From NCBI GenBank assembly GCA_965209095.1, contig OZ242381.1:6141-70140 (forward strand): DNA of 64,000 nt, written 5' to 3'. Under the pieces are notes generated by a model. That model was not told the DNA's origin, made no database searches, and saw only the letters and a program-made list of their open reading frames with translations. This stretch comes from Candidatus Poribacteria bacterium (GTDB taxonomy: Bacteria; Poribacteria; WGA-4E; WGA-3G). Shown here piece after piece: positions 8,387 through 17,987 of the stretch. Position numbers and translations under genes: made by a program. Numbering within the stretch: position 1 is the first letter of the stretch; each line of letters opens with the position of its first letter.

Positions 8387-9193
8387 CTATTCCCTATCTG
8401 CCGCTAAAGACTTTAGTTTTGCAAGTGCCTCCTGTTCCGCTTTCTGCCACGGACGGTCATCTGGTTTATCCAATTTCTTTGGAGGACCGCTAAACACAAG
8501 GATATATGCCCTACGTTCTTGGTCAGTACTGTTCGGCGCGGAATAGTGTAAGGTGCGACAGTGGTGGAACGTTGCACCGCCTGCGGGTATGGGACAGGCA
8601 ACTGCTTCGGATGGGTCAACATCATCTGTGACCAAACCATGCACAAGTGGGTCATCGTTGATGTGGCGATGCCAACGGACTTCGCCTTTGTGAGATTTTG
8701 GAATAAACTGCATACAACCACTTTCAAGTGTTGCTTTATCCAACGGAAGCCACACACTCAAACTATGTGGTAAGACTTCTGGATTCCAATATGCTTCGTC
8801 CTGATGCCATGGTGTTTCGTTTCCGTAGTGTGCGGGTTTCAGTATCATGTGTCCACCACCACCGACCTTTTCTTGTTCTACACTGAGCAATTTTGCTGCG
8901 AGTCGGCGTGCGTTATGGAAATAGATAGATTCTCGGAGTTCTGGGAACTGTCCCTCTGGTCCTAAGACTTGTGGTAACGTTTCTTGACCAGTATGTGCGC
9001 GTGGACCTGCGAGATCAAAATAGCGTCCCTGTTCTTCACCTGTTCTATCATTGAAGAGTTTATCGTAGATACCTTTTAGCCATTCAATTTCATCATCTGT
9101 TGTGATGCGTGGAATGCTGAGATATCCGTTTTCTTGGAAGAAGGTAACCTGTTCGTCAGTTACATCAACGTTAAAGTCATTGTTGTTATTCAT
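8387..9193 (-). CDS. phytanoyl-CoA dioxygenase (PhyH) family Fe(II)/2-oxoglutarate-dependent oxygenase
   Basis: 268 aa. N-terminal FQENGYLSIPRI plus WHQDEAYW (HxD iron ligands) and a distal His, the typical PhyH arrangement. Confidence 0.75.
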   Translation of the reverse strand: MNNNNDFNVDVTDEQVTFFQENGYLSIPRITTDDEIEWLKGIYDKLFNDRTGEEQGRYFDLAGPRAHTGQETLPQVLGPEGQFPELRESIYFHNARRLAAKLLSVEQEKVGGGGHMILKPAHYGNETPWHQDEAYWNPEVLPHSLSVWLPLDKATLESGCMQFIPKSHKGEVRWHRHINDDPLVHGLVTDDVDPSEAVACPIPAGGATFHHCRTLHYSAPNSTDQERRAYILVFSGPPKKLDKPDDRPWQKAEQEALAKLKSLAADRE

Positions 9194-9197
9194 AAAA

Positions 9198-11015
9198 TCA
9201 CCGAATTATAATGTCGTAAGGTAGTGCAGTCACTACTCGTTCATTTTCAAATAAGGTTAACCATGTTATTATGCGATGCCATTGCAGTTTTAGCATTGGA
9301 AACAGGGGATGACGTTGTGCCAACTGTATAGACACTGTTTCTGATATGCTCATCTCTTCGTCAAGCATGCCTTCCATGATTTGTTCAAAGAAGGTTTTCT
9401 GTTCGGGTAGCACAATGATGTCCACTTTATCATCATCTGTAATCCCCACTTCTTTCTTTGCGATAGCGAGGGCAGTGTCAAGTCCACCGAGTTCATCGAC
9501 GAGTCCGAGTTCTTTTGCCTGTTTTCCAGTCCAGACTCTTCCTTGCGCGACAGCATCAATTTCGTCAAAGGTGGTTTGTCTACCCGCAGCTGCTTTATTG
9601 ACAAATTGTTCATAGACGGTTTTCATCATCTTTTCAATGCGTTCGCGTTCTGACTCTGTAAAGTTTCCGTAATCTGAATAGAGAGTTGCGTTTTGTCCAT
9701 GTGCGATGATTTCTTTATTCAAACCGGCTTTGTTATAAAGACCTTTGAGATTGAGTTTGCCACCGTAGACCCCGATTGAACCGGTGAGTGTGCCGGGTTG
9801 TGCTACGATTTTTTGTGCTGCCATTGATATGTAATACCCGCCAGAAGCAGCCATATTTGCCATTGATACGATGACTGGTTTTTCGCGTTGTGTGAGCATC
9901 ACCTCACGCCATATCAGGTCTGATGCGAGCGCGGAACCACCGGGACTATCCACCCGGAACACAATAGCCTGAACGGCATCGTCTGTCCGTGCTTTTTTAA
10001 ACGCTTTTTTCAACGTTTTGGGTGTAATCATTGACATGGTGGTAAAAGGTGAGTTGAGATCAGGTAATATGGGTCCGCTGGCGTAGATAAGTGCGATCTG
10101 CTTGTCTGCGGGACGTGCCTTTGCGCGCGGTTGTGGGTTTAACATACTAAACAGCTGCATCAGTCCAGCAAAGCTGTTCATATCTGGCATCTTGCGTTTC
10201 TTTGTCCCGTCCTCTTTGACGACTTGTGCTTCACCCTCTTTTTCCTCATCAATTGCTTCAAGGAGTTCATCATAGTATTTTAGTTCATCAACAAGTTTTG
10301 CATGATGTGCTTCTTGTGCGGTGAAAGGACCGTTATCAATCAACTTCGCTGCGTCTTCGGGTGTAATTCCGTCTCTACCGTCAGCAATCTTTTGCAACAT
10401 TTGATTATATAGATCGTCAAGTAGAGCGGTCATTGATTCACGGAATTCATCTGACATGCTGTCGCGCGTATAGGGTTCAACACCGGACTTGAATTTACCC
10501 ATTGCGAGCATGTCCGCTTCAATATCCAGTTTTTCCAGTAGTCCTTTTAGAAAGAGGATTTCGGCACGTAGACCAATTAGATTGAGGTTTCCAGTAGGCA
10601 TTAGCACAATCCGATCCATTGTGGTTGCAAGTAGATAGGCTGCATTGCCACTGCCTTCAAGATAGGCGATCATCTCTTTATCGGTATCACGTAATTCGCT
10701 GAGTTTTTCTCTAATTTCCTGTAGGTTCGCCCATCCGATACCGATGTTGCCGATTTTGAATACGATTCCAGCAACTTCACGGTTGGTTTTGAGATCGTCT
10801 ATTTTTTTGAATAGTCCGCGTAATGTTTTCGTTGTTGCAGTTCCAAAGAAATTCATCTCTTTGGTATCGGAATAGGTGCCGCTGAGTGTGAATTCAACAT
10901 ACTTTTTGAGGGGTGGTTTCTCTTCTTGATGTTCCTCTGCTGATAGTGGTAACACAAAAAGAAGTGTGATGAGCAGTGCTGTTGCCATTTGGCATAAGAT
11001 GTGTTTCGGTTTCAT
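9198..11015 (-). CDS. sppA: signal peptide peptidase SppA, 67K type (S49 peptidase, two S49 domains)
   Basis: 605 aa. Signal peptide, two ClpP/crotonase-fold S49 modules, and the catalytic-region motif MAASGGYYISMAAQKIVAQPGTLTGSIGV. Confidence 0.85.
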   Translation of the reverse strand: MKPKHILCQMATALLITLLFVLPLSAEEHQEEKPPLKKYVEFTLSGTYSDTKEMNFFGTATTKTLRGLFKKIDDLKTNREVAGIVFKIGNIGIGWANLQEIREKLSELRDTDKEMIAYLEGSGNAAYLLATTMDRIVLMPTGNLNLIGLRAEILFLKGLLEKLDIEADMLAMGKFKSGVEPYTRDSMSDEFRESMTALLDDLYNQMLQKIADGRDGITPEDAAKLIDNGPFTAQEAHHAKLVDELKYYDELLEAIDEEKEGEAQVVKEDGTKKRKMPDMNSFAGLMQLFSMLNPQPRAKARPADKQIALIYASGPILPDLNSPFTTMSMITPKTLKKAFKKARTDDAVQAIVFRVDSPGGSALASDLIWREVMLTQREKPVIVSMANMAASGGYYISMAAQKIVAQPGTLTGSIGVYGGKLNLKGLYNKAGLNKEIIAHGQNATLYSDYGNFTESERERIEKMMKTVYEQFVNKAAAGRQTTFDEIDAVAQGRVWTGKQAKELGLVDELGGLDTALAIAKKEVGITDDDKVDIIVLPEQKTFFEQIMEGMLDEEMSISETVSIQLAQRHPLFPMLKLQWHRIITWLTLFENERVVTALPYDIIIR

Positions 11016-11130
11016 GATGTCTCCTTGTGGACGATAATGGTGGGATCGTCGTTACTATTTTGTTTTATTTTATAACAAAAAGGGGAAAGTGTCAATGAAA
11101 AATGGGGAGTGCATGCACAGAGAACTGTGT

Positions 11131-12435
11131 TTAGGCAGTCTTTCTCAAAATCAACAAAAATTCTGACTTCATTCCATCAGGATTTTTATTCTTCCGTACA
11201 CCGAACAGTTGCCGGGTTTTTATCCTGTCTTCATAAACTTTTTCGTGCGAAAATTCACGTTCCGTCCAGTATTCCGACAGGATTCTCCACAACTCAACGG
11301 TAATACCATCAATGCGAGGATTACCGACGAAAATGCATGCGGCGGCATTAGGTTTCAATCGGTTCATGGTATTTTCAAGTGCATTTATCGTGTGGCAGAA
11401 GTAGGAGTCGAGGCGGTTAATCAGATCTTTCCGAGTCAGTTTTTCTCTGACTTTATCCAACGTATCGGTGTGAATTATTCTATCTGCTTTCCGATACGGG
11501 ATTTCAAGTCGAGATAACTCACGAATTTCTTCCTCAGTGTGTCCTAACCAAAAAAGATCCAATTTTGTGGAACGTATATATTCCTGTGCTTGTAGATAGG
11601 GTGGTGATGTTATCAGTGCGTCACACTCGCGTGGCACATCTATGTAGGAAGAATCTACACCTCCTTGAAATTCCACTTGATTCTTATGATGGTGTGTGTG
11701 CATCATAAAATTGTTGATGTCTGTTAGCGTTTTCAAACAATGGTCATGCACCATCTGCTTCAACTGTTCTTGCCAATTTTCATGGAGCAATTCATCGATT
11801 GCTGCTAATTTACGTTTGGATCTGGCTAACTTTGGTGTTCTGTGCTCAGTGTATGAGAACCGTTTGCTAACCTTTAGCAGTGCGGATTTGATAATACCTG
11901 TATAGACATCCTGTTCTATGTTTTGGACAAATCCCCAATATTGTGAGAGCAGTGTTAAGATTTCAGGTGCGTACCAGTATTCAACATTGGACCAGGCAGG
12001 TGTGAACTGATGTGTCTTACTGTTTTGCATGTCGTCCAGCAGATTACATAGATGTTCTTTACCTAACCGTTCTTCTCCTTGATAGACCTTCAAAGGCATG
12101 ATGTGATTTAGAAATAGGTTGAGGTCATAAAGGATAGCATTGCGTTTGCAGAGAGACGCTTCAACGCCTACAGTGCCTGATCCTGCGAATGGATCTATGA
12201 TCCAATCATCTTCTTTCGTGTAAGTGTTTATTGCATATCTGACGACTTGCGGGATGAATTTGGCGGGATAGGATACGATTGCATGTGTTAGGTAACCCGT
12301 ATCGGTGATTTCGGGTACTAACTCGCGGAAAGACACTAACGCTAACTTGTCAGATGTCGTTCTCTTATTTGGAATTTCAAAATCAGTATCTATAGGGAAA
12401 AGCGGTAATTGATCTTCCATATTGTGGCTTTTCAT
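11131..12435 (-). CDS. DNA methyltransferase (N6-adenine/N4-cytosine type) with permuted motif order
   Basis: 434 aa. SAM motif DPFAGSGTVGVEA at ~aa 82 and catalytic TSPPY at ~aa 277. The SAM motif precedes the (D/S)PPY motif, i.e. alpha-like order, not beta. No adjacent restriction endonuclease candidate. Confidence 0.6.
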   Translation of the reverse strand: MKSHNMEDQLPLFPIDTDFEIPNKRTTSDKLALVSFRELVPEITDTGYLTHAIVSYPAKFIPQVVRYAINTYTKEDDWIIDPFAGSGTVGVEASLCKRNAILYDLNLFLNHIMPLKVYQGEERLGKEHLCNLLDDMQNSKTHQFTPAWSNVEYWYAPEILTLLSQYWGFVQNIEQDVYTGIIKSALLKVSKRFSYTEHRTPKLARSKRKLAAIDELLHENWQEQLKQMVHDHCLKTLTDINNFMMHTHHHKNQVEFQGGVDSSYIDVPRECDALITSPPYLQAQEYIRSTKLDLFWLGHTEEEIRELSRLEIPYRKADRIIHTDTLDKVREKLTRKDLINRLDSYFCHTINALENTMNRLKPNAAACIFVGNPRIDGITVELWRILSEYWTEREFSHEKVYEDRIKTRQLFGVRKNKNPDGMKSEFLLILRKTA

Positions 12436-12522
12436 CAGTGATTATGTGTAGTGAAACCAACAATAGAATGATAAAGCTGAGTTGCGTTTCGCTTAACCCA
12501 ACCCATGCATCGTATCATAAAG

Positions 12523-13713
12523 TTATTGCGAGTCTTCTCCTACTCCTCTCGCTCCTTCAATTTCTTCCTCTGTCAAATTGAATTCAAACACATCTTGCTC
12601 TTCCTCTGTTTGTGTTTCTGGCGGAGTGACCTGCTGCACTTCTTCTATAGGAGGTTCTGCTTCCACAGTATCAAGTTTGGGGGCAGTTGCACCCAGTATT
12701 GTCAATCCGACAATCGCTACTACAGACACTGTTGTTACTGTAAGGGCAATCGGACGTTTCCAAAGGACTTTGCGCTCGCTTCTGTCTAAGAAGGGGAGGA
12801 ATAGCAATAGCAACATACCGACTGTTGGGATGACAAATGTGCCGATAATTTCAAAAGGTCCTTGGAAGTATTTCAGCAGTTGAAAGAGGAATAGGAAATA
12901 CCATTCGGGACGTGGGTCGTAATTTGCGTTTGTTGGGTCTGCGACTTTCTCAAGAGGGACTTCAGCGAACAGTGCAGCACAAGCAAGCACGACAAACAAA
13001 ATGAACATGCCGACAACGTCTTCAAATACTTGATCTGGAAAGAAGGGTTTGCCAGTATTCATTTCTTCAGGTGTGTTTTTTGGTAATCCTGAAGAACCGT
13101 AATATCTGACGAGAAAAAGGTGTCCACCGACTAAACCGAATGCCATCCACGGTAGCCAAATTGTGTGCAGTGCGTAAAATCGTGATAGTGTGACCGCACC
13201 AACTTCAGCACCTCCGCGCAGGACTTTAGCAACCACATCACCTAACCCAGGTGCTGTGCCTGCGATCTCTATACCGACAACTGTTGCCCAATACGCCTTT
13301 TCGTCCCACGGCAGCAGATACCCTGTAAATCCGAAACCGAGGGTAACCAAAAACAGGAGCACACCGACAACCCATGTGAGTTCGCGCGGTGCCTTGTATG
13401 ATCCATATAACACAACGCGGAGTATGTGGAGAAAGACGATGATGACCATCGCACTTGCACCCCAATGGTGCAATCCGCGCACAAAACTACCGAAAGGCAT
13501 CTCTTCGCTGATATATGTGACAGCATTATGGGCATGGTCTGGTGATGGAGAATAGGACATGGCTAAAAATGCACCTGTCGCTGCTTGTAGTAGTAGCAGA
13601 AACATGGCTAAACTACCCAGTGAGAAAAGCAGATTGATATGTTTCGGCAACGGTTTGCGTAGATGTGCCATCATCCCATCTAACGGAAGGCGATCATTTA
13701 GAAAGTGCTTCAT
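12523..13713 (-). CDS. cytochrome b subunit of a cytochrome bc-type complex (fused b6/subunit IV-like)
   Basis: 396 aa, polytopic. Heme-ligand histidine pairs in helices (HHWGASAMVIIVFLHILR, ..FYALHTIWLPW..GGHLFL). Contiguous with the Rieske gene. Confidence 0.8.
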   Translation of the reverse strand: MKHFLNDRLPLDGMMAHLRKPLPKHINLLFSLGSLAMFLLLLQAATGAFLAMSYSPSPDHAHNAVTYISEEMPFGSFVRGLHHWGASAMVIIVFLHILRVVLYGSYKAPRELTWVVGVLLFLVTLGFGFTGYLLPWDEKAYWATVVGIEIAGTAPGLGDVVAKVLRGGAEVGAVTLSRFYALHTIWLPWMAFGLVGGHLFLVRYYGSSGLPKNTPEEMNTGKPFFPDQVFEDVVGMFILFVVLACAALFAEVPLEKVADPTNANYDPRPEWYFLFLFQLLKYFQGPFEIIGTFVIPTVGMLLLLFLPFLDRSERKVLWKRPIALTVTTVSVVAIVGLTILGATAPKLDTVEAEPPIEEVQQVTPPETQTEEEQDVFEFNLTEEEIEGARGVGEDSQ

Positions 13714-14181
13714 TTACGCCTCCTTCACGTATAAAACGCCTGCTTCTATTTTGACTTCAAGTTTTTGCAATGGTCTTGGTGGTGGACCTGCAACAACAGC
13801 ACCGTTTTTATCAAACACCGCGCCGTGACACGGGCAGAGGAAGGATTCTTGGCTCTCGTTCCATCTGACAAGGCAACCGAGATGTGAACAGGTCCGTGAG
13901 AAAACATCCCAGTTCCCATCACCTACATCTGTCACGTAAACAGAGCGTTTTTTCGTAGCTTTCACCCAACCATCTTTTGCTGTGAAAGTATAATTTACCT
14001 TTTTGTAGCGGCTGTTTTTTAGACGGTCTACCAAACCGAGGTCAACCCACTGCGATTCTTCTTTTTTCCACGCAGGTGAGATTGCAAATCCGATTAGTGG
14101 AATACCGGCAGCTAAGCCGATTATCCCACCGATGAAAGCTGATGCGATTTGTAAAAAAGAACGTCTTCCTTCATTTGACAT
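13714..14181 (-). CDS. Rieske [2Fe-2S] iron-sulfur protein
   Basis: 155 aa. Tat-like N-terminus RRSFLQIASA. Rieske boxes CSHLGC and CPCHGAVF. Confidence 0.85.
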   Translation of the reverse strand: MSNEGRRSFLQIASAFIGGIIGLAAGIPLIGFAISPAWKKEESQWVDLGLVDRLKNSRYKKVNYTFTAKDGWVKATKKRSVYVTDVGDGNWDVFSRTCSHLGCLVRWNESQESFLCPCHGAVFDKNGAVVAGPPPRPLQKLEVKIEAGVLYVKEA

Positions 14182-14287
14182 CCGATTTCTCCTTCATTAC
14201 TTTTACAATCTATAGGTAGCAATTTGTGTTATTCTTAAGTCTATTATATCACAATTCTAACTTGCAGAGAAAGAGATTCTGGATAAT

Positions 14288-14492
14288 GGGTGTGTAAAAT
14301 TTTTAGCACTAACTTCTCACCAACCATTGTAGGGTCTTCTCACCAACCATTGTAGGGCGGGGTCTCTGTGCCCCGCCATGTCTGAGAAATTGGATGTAAC
14401 GGGCGGGCACAGAGACCCGCCCCTACAATGTGTAGAGAGAGGTGTTACCTGATATGAAAAAGTTTGAATTGGTACAAAATCTTTACACACCC
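14288..14492. repeat. repeat family A, full copy (MITE-like: 22-bp TIR gggtgtgtaaaatttttagcac ... gtacaaaatctttacacaccc around a GC-rich hairpin tgtagggcggggtctctgtgccccgcc/ggcgggcacagagacccgcccctaca)
   Basis: Near-identical reverse-complement copy at 43224-43405. The predicted ORFs 14317-14571 and 43148-43369 share an identical 46-aa stretch because they lie inside the two copies. Confidence 0.85.
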
Positions 14493-14658
14493 TTATTTCA
14501 ACAATTCTTGGACATATTTGTCTAATTTTGGTATAATGCGTGAATATTGTCTTTTTGTGAATTGATTTCATGAACAGTTAGGATTTTCTCAGAACATTCC
14601 TGCCCAACATGTTCACCGTAGTAAAACTTGCTAAAAAATAATTTAGGTAATTGATATT

Positions 14659-15309
14659 TTGTCAGAATTCTTAACGCTGCCAGCGTATAATACACTCGGT
14701 TTGAATGCACTCAGGATATTCCTCTCATTTGCACTGGGTCTATTTATTGTACTCATCTATCAGTGGACACATACCAAGGTACCACAAAGGTCATTTACCA
14801 ATACACTCATCATTTTGTGTATGCTAATTTCAGTGGTGATGGTAGTTATTGGTGATAGTATTGCTCGTGCATTCAGTCTTGTTGGAGCCTTGTCAATTAT
14901 CCGTTTTCGCGCTGCTATCCAAGACCCACGTGACATCGCTTTCGTGTTTTACGCCTTAGCCGTTGGCATGGCAGTTGGTGCTGGAAGTCCTGCAGTTGCT
15001 ATACTTGCGACTTTTCTTATCGGGACCATCATACTATGTATGTATCATTGGCATCAACATTTTGATAAAGGTGATGAATTTACACTTGAAATTTGCATGC
15101 CAACTGACAAAATATCCGAAACGGTATATCGTCCTATATTTGATAAACACGTTATTCAGGAACGTCTTATAGAAAAACGAGTCAAAAAGACACAGGTTGT
15201 TGAGTTGAATTTCCGTGTCAAATTGGCAAAACCATACAACTGGTTGACGTTTTATAATGAACTCTTGCAGAATGAAAACATCGTAGAAGTGAAATTGGAT
15301 AAGGAGTAA
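14659..15309 (+). CDS. DUF4956-like membrane protein (4 TM helices plus cytosolic domain); frequent neighbour of CotH kinases
   Basis: 216 aa. N-terminal polytopic region followed by a soluble C-terminal domain. Sits immediately upstream of a CotH-family gene. Confidence 0.45.
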   Translation: MSEFLTLPAYNTLGLNALRIFLSFALGLFIVLIYQWTHTKVPQRSFTNTLIILCMLISVVMVVIGDSIARAFSLVGALSIIRFRAAIQDPRDIAFVFYALAVGMAVGAGSPAVAILATFLIGTIILCMYHWHQHFDKGDEFTLEICMPTDKISETVYRPIFDKHVIQERLIEKRVKKTQVVELNFRVKLAKPYNWLTFYNELLQNENIVEVKLDKE

Positions 15310-15367
15310 AATACGAACACTTCTGTACATCGGTTGTCTAAACCTGAAACAGCGAAAGGAGAATACA

Positions 15368-17851
15368 ATGAAACAGATAAAGTTAATATTAATACTAGGC
15401 ATCATATTTTGCTTTGTTACATATACTTATACTTATGCACAAGATAATGCTTCATCACAGAAACTTACTGAAGAACAGAAACGTTTTGACTTTGATAGAA
15501 ATGGCACGCTAAGTCCTCAAGAAAACCTTGTTATGTTTAGGGTTACAAATATTGAAGCTTTCTCTGGTAGCAAACTAAGCAAAGAAGAGATAGAAAGGCT
15601 TCGTGATGTTGCCGGACCCAATTTTGGTAATGGACCACCTCCAGGTTTTGGAGGCCCGCCGCAAGGTTTTGGAGGACGAAGAGGCGGACCTCGTCCACCG
15701 GAAAAAATGGTTGAACAGTATGATACCAATAAAGATGGCAAATTAACGGGTGATGAGCGAAAGAAAGCTATTGCAGCACGAGGCGAAGCATACCAACCTG
15801 GACAACGTGCTGGTACACCTGTTGGAGATATTAAAGATGATCTGAAGGACAGTCTTGCTTCGGTCCCAAAAGATGCGCCACCATTTTACGATGCGGGGAC
15901 ACTCCGCACATTATATCTTCGCTTCCACGATAAAGATTGGTATGCACAACTGAACGCATTTTATCGCACAGATGTTGAAGTTCCTGCAGATTTGGTTGTT
16001 GATGGAAAAGTCTACAAGGAGATAGGTGTACGCGCACGTGGTACTTCATCCTACTTTACAGTAGAATCACCTAAAAAATCGTTTAATATTGCCATTGACT
16101 ATGGCGACGATTCCCAAAGACTTTATGGATATAAAACTCTCAATCTGCTCAATGGACATGTTGACGCGTCATTTCTCCGTGAAGTGTTGTTCAATCGAAT
16201 TGCACGCGACTATTTTCCTGCAATGAAAACAAATCTTGTAAAATTGGTAATCAACGGAGAAAGTTGGGGTGTCTATATCAACCTTCAGCAGTACAACAAG
16301 GATTTTTTAGATGAGTGGTTTGGCACACGTGGCGGTATACGTTATAAAGTGGGCCCTGGCGGTGGTGGGTTGACTTATGCAGGAGACAATGTTGAGTCAT
16401 ATCAACGGACATACCAGCTGAAAACCGCAAATGTTGAAAACCCGTGGGAAAGACTAATTGAACTCACTGAAATGCTGGATGCCAAAACACCTGATGAGAA
16501 GTTGAAATCAGAGCTACCTTCACTATTAAACGTTGATCGTACACTGTGGCAACTTGCTGTCTCAAACGTCTTTATGGATGATGACAGTTATATTCACAAA
16601 GGTGGAGATTTTTCCATTTACCAAGATGTCAACGATAGATTTCACCTCATATCTCATGATAACAATGAAAGTTTCAGATTTGGTGCTGAGCGACGCGGAG
16701 GCGGTGGTCCAGGGGGCAGAGGAGGACCTGGCGGTTGGTCGTGGGGAGAACTGTCGACTGGGATGGTATCACCAGTGACACATGCCGATAACGCCATGCG
16801 TCCAGTGATTAGCCGTCTACTCGGTATACCAGAATGGAAAGCGAGGTATATCGCCCATGTCCAAACTGTCGTGGATGAGTGGCTTGATTGGGAGGTGATG
16901 GAACCAGTCATCAGAGAATACCACAACTTGATTGCAGCGGAAGTTAAAAAAGACGATAAGAAATTGTACGACTACAGCAGTTTTATGGATAGTGTTGATC
17001 GTGAGGGTGTTCGACGCACACCGAGTTTTAAAGTATTTATTACGCAACGTCGCGATAATCTACTCAATCATCCAGAATTGAACAAACCGACACCGCAGAT
17101 TATATCCATATCCACACCAGACAATCCTATTGCGTCTCAAGCTGTTGAGATAATTGCAGAATTAGATAATACTGTGGCAGCGGATTCGGTTCTGTTGTAT
17201 TATGGTACTGACAGACATGCACCTTTTAAGCATAAGGAAATGGCCAAGAAAGGTGATAGATATGTCGGTAGTATTCCGGGTTTTCCTGCGGAGACAACTG
17301 TATATTATTATGTTGAAGCGAGTGCTGTGAAAACACACGGCACGACTAACTTTTCACCTGCACGGGCGGAATTTGGGGCAGCACGTTACCGAGTCACTGC
17401 ACCACGAGCAAAAGAGGTATCTGTTGTAATAAATGAGTTGATGGCAGCAAATACACAGAGCATAACTGATCCCCAAGGTGATTATGATGACTGGCTTGAA
17501 CTGCACAACATTACGGACAAACCGGTGGTGCTTACAGGTATGTATCTCACGGATAAAACTGATAATTTGAAGAAATGGGAATTCCCCGATGATACTACGA
17601 TTCCTGCACGCGGTTATTTAATTGTATGGTTAGATGAAGATGGCAAGGCAACTGAAGGGCTGCATGCTAACTTTAAACTGGCCCGAAACGGTGAAACTGT
17701 GATGCTGGTGGATACGGATGCACGCAACAATCAGATAGTTGATATTATTACTTTTGAGCAGCTAGAGACAGATGCAGCAATTGGTAGATCGCCAAATGCT
17801 AAAGGTAAGTTTCAAGTTTTACCGATGACACCGGGAAAACCAAATAGGTAG
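15368..17851 (+). CDS. CotH kinase family protein with N-terminal EF-hand-like and Gly/Pro-rich segments and C-terminal lamin-tail domain (LTD)
   Basis: 827 aa. Signal peptide. DFDRNGTLSPQE and DTNKDGKLTGDE EF-hand-like loops. CotH core (GVRARGTSS..KKSFNI, KLVINGESWGVYINLQQYNKDFLDEWFG). C-terminal LTD (VINELMA..WLELHN..LTGMYLTD..W.FP). Confidence 0.75.
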   Translation: MKQIKLILILGIIFCFVTYTYTYAQDNASSQKLTEEQKRFDFDRNGTLSPQENLVMFRVTNIEAFSGSKLSKEEIERLRDVAGPNFGNGPPPGFGGPPQGFGGRRGGPRPPEKMVEQYDTNKDGKLTGDERKKAIAARGEAYQPGQRAGTPVGDIKDDLKDSLASVPKDAPPFYDAGTLRTLYLRFHDKDWYAQLNAFYRTDVEVPADLVVDGKVYKEIGVRARGTSSYFTVESPKKSFNIAIDYGDDSQRLYGYKTLNLLNGHVDASFLREVLFNRIARDYFPAMKTNLVKLVINGESWGVYINLQQYNKDFLDEWFGTRGGIRYKVGPGGGGLTYAGDNVESYQRTYQLKTANVENPWERLIELTEMLDAKTPDEKLKSELPSLLNVDRTLWQLAVSNVFMDDDSYIHKGGDFSIYQDVNDRFHLISHDNNESFRFGAERRGGGGPGGRGGPGGWSWGELSTGMVSPVTHADNAMRPVISRLLGIPEWKARYIAHVQTVVDEWLDWEVMEPVIREYHNLIAAEVKKDDKKLYDYSSFMDSVDREGVRRTPSFKVFITQRRDNLLNHPELNKPTPQIISISTPDNPIASQAVEIIAELDNTVAADSVLLYYGTDRHAPFKHKEMAKKGDRYVGSIPGFPAETTVYYYVEASAVKTHGTTNFSPARAEFGAARYRVTAPRAKEVSVVINELMAANTQSITDPQGDYDDWLELHNITDKPVVLTGMYLTDKTDNLKKWEFPDDTTIPARGYLIVWLDEDGKATEGLHANFKLARNGETVMLVDTDARNNQIVDIITFEQLETDAAIGRSPNAKGKFQVLPMTPGKPNR

Positions 17852-17987
17852 TTTCTATCATTCAAAATGAAATCTCTAAAAGAAGTACGAACCTTTTTCA
17901 ATATGTGGTGTCTAACGGATTAAAAGCAGAATTTTAAAGGAATATCAGACTATTTCGTTGGACTTTCAGGACTTCTGGAGGAGATAA

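Noticed and set aside
11109-11905. Plus-strand ORFs (11109-11303, 11209-11517, 11696-11905) overlapping the methyltransferase gene
   Set aside because: They are antisense to a 434-aa ORF with SAM-binding and SPPY motifs. No independent support.
14317-14571. ORFs 14317-14571 (-) and 43148-43369 (+) sharing an identical 46-aa segment
   Set aside because: Both lie entirely within copies of repeat family A. The identity reflects the repeated DNA, not a duplicated protein-coding gene.
15517-15741. Gly/Pro-rich antisense ORFs inside the CotH gene (15517-15741 and 16654-16926, minus strand)
   Set aside because: They are low-complexity reverse-frame translations of GGPPQGFGG-encoding DNA within a well-supported plus-strand gene.
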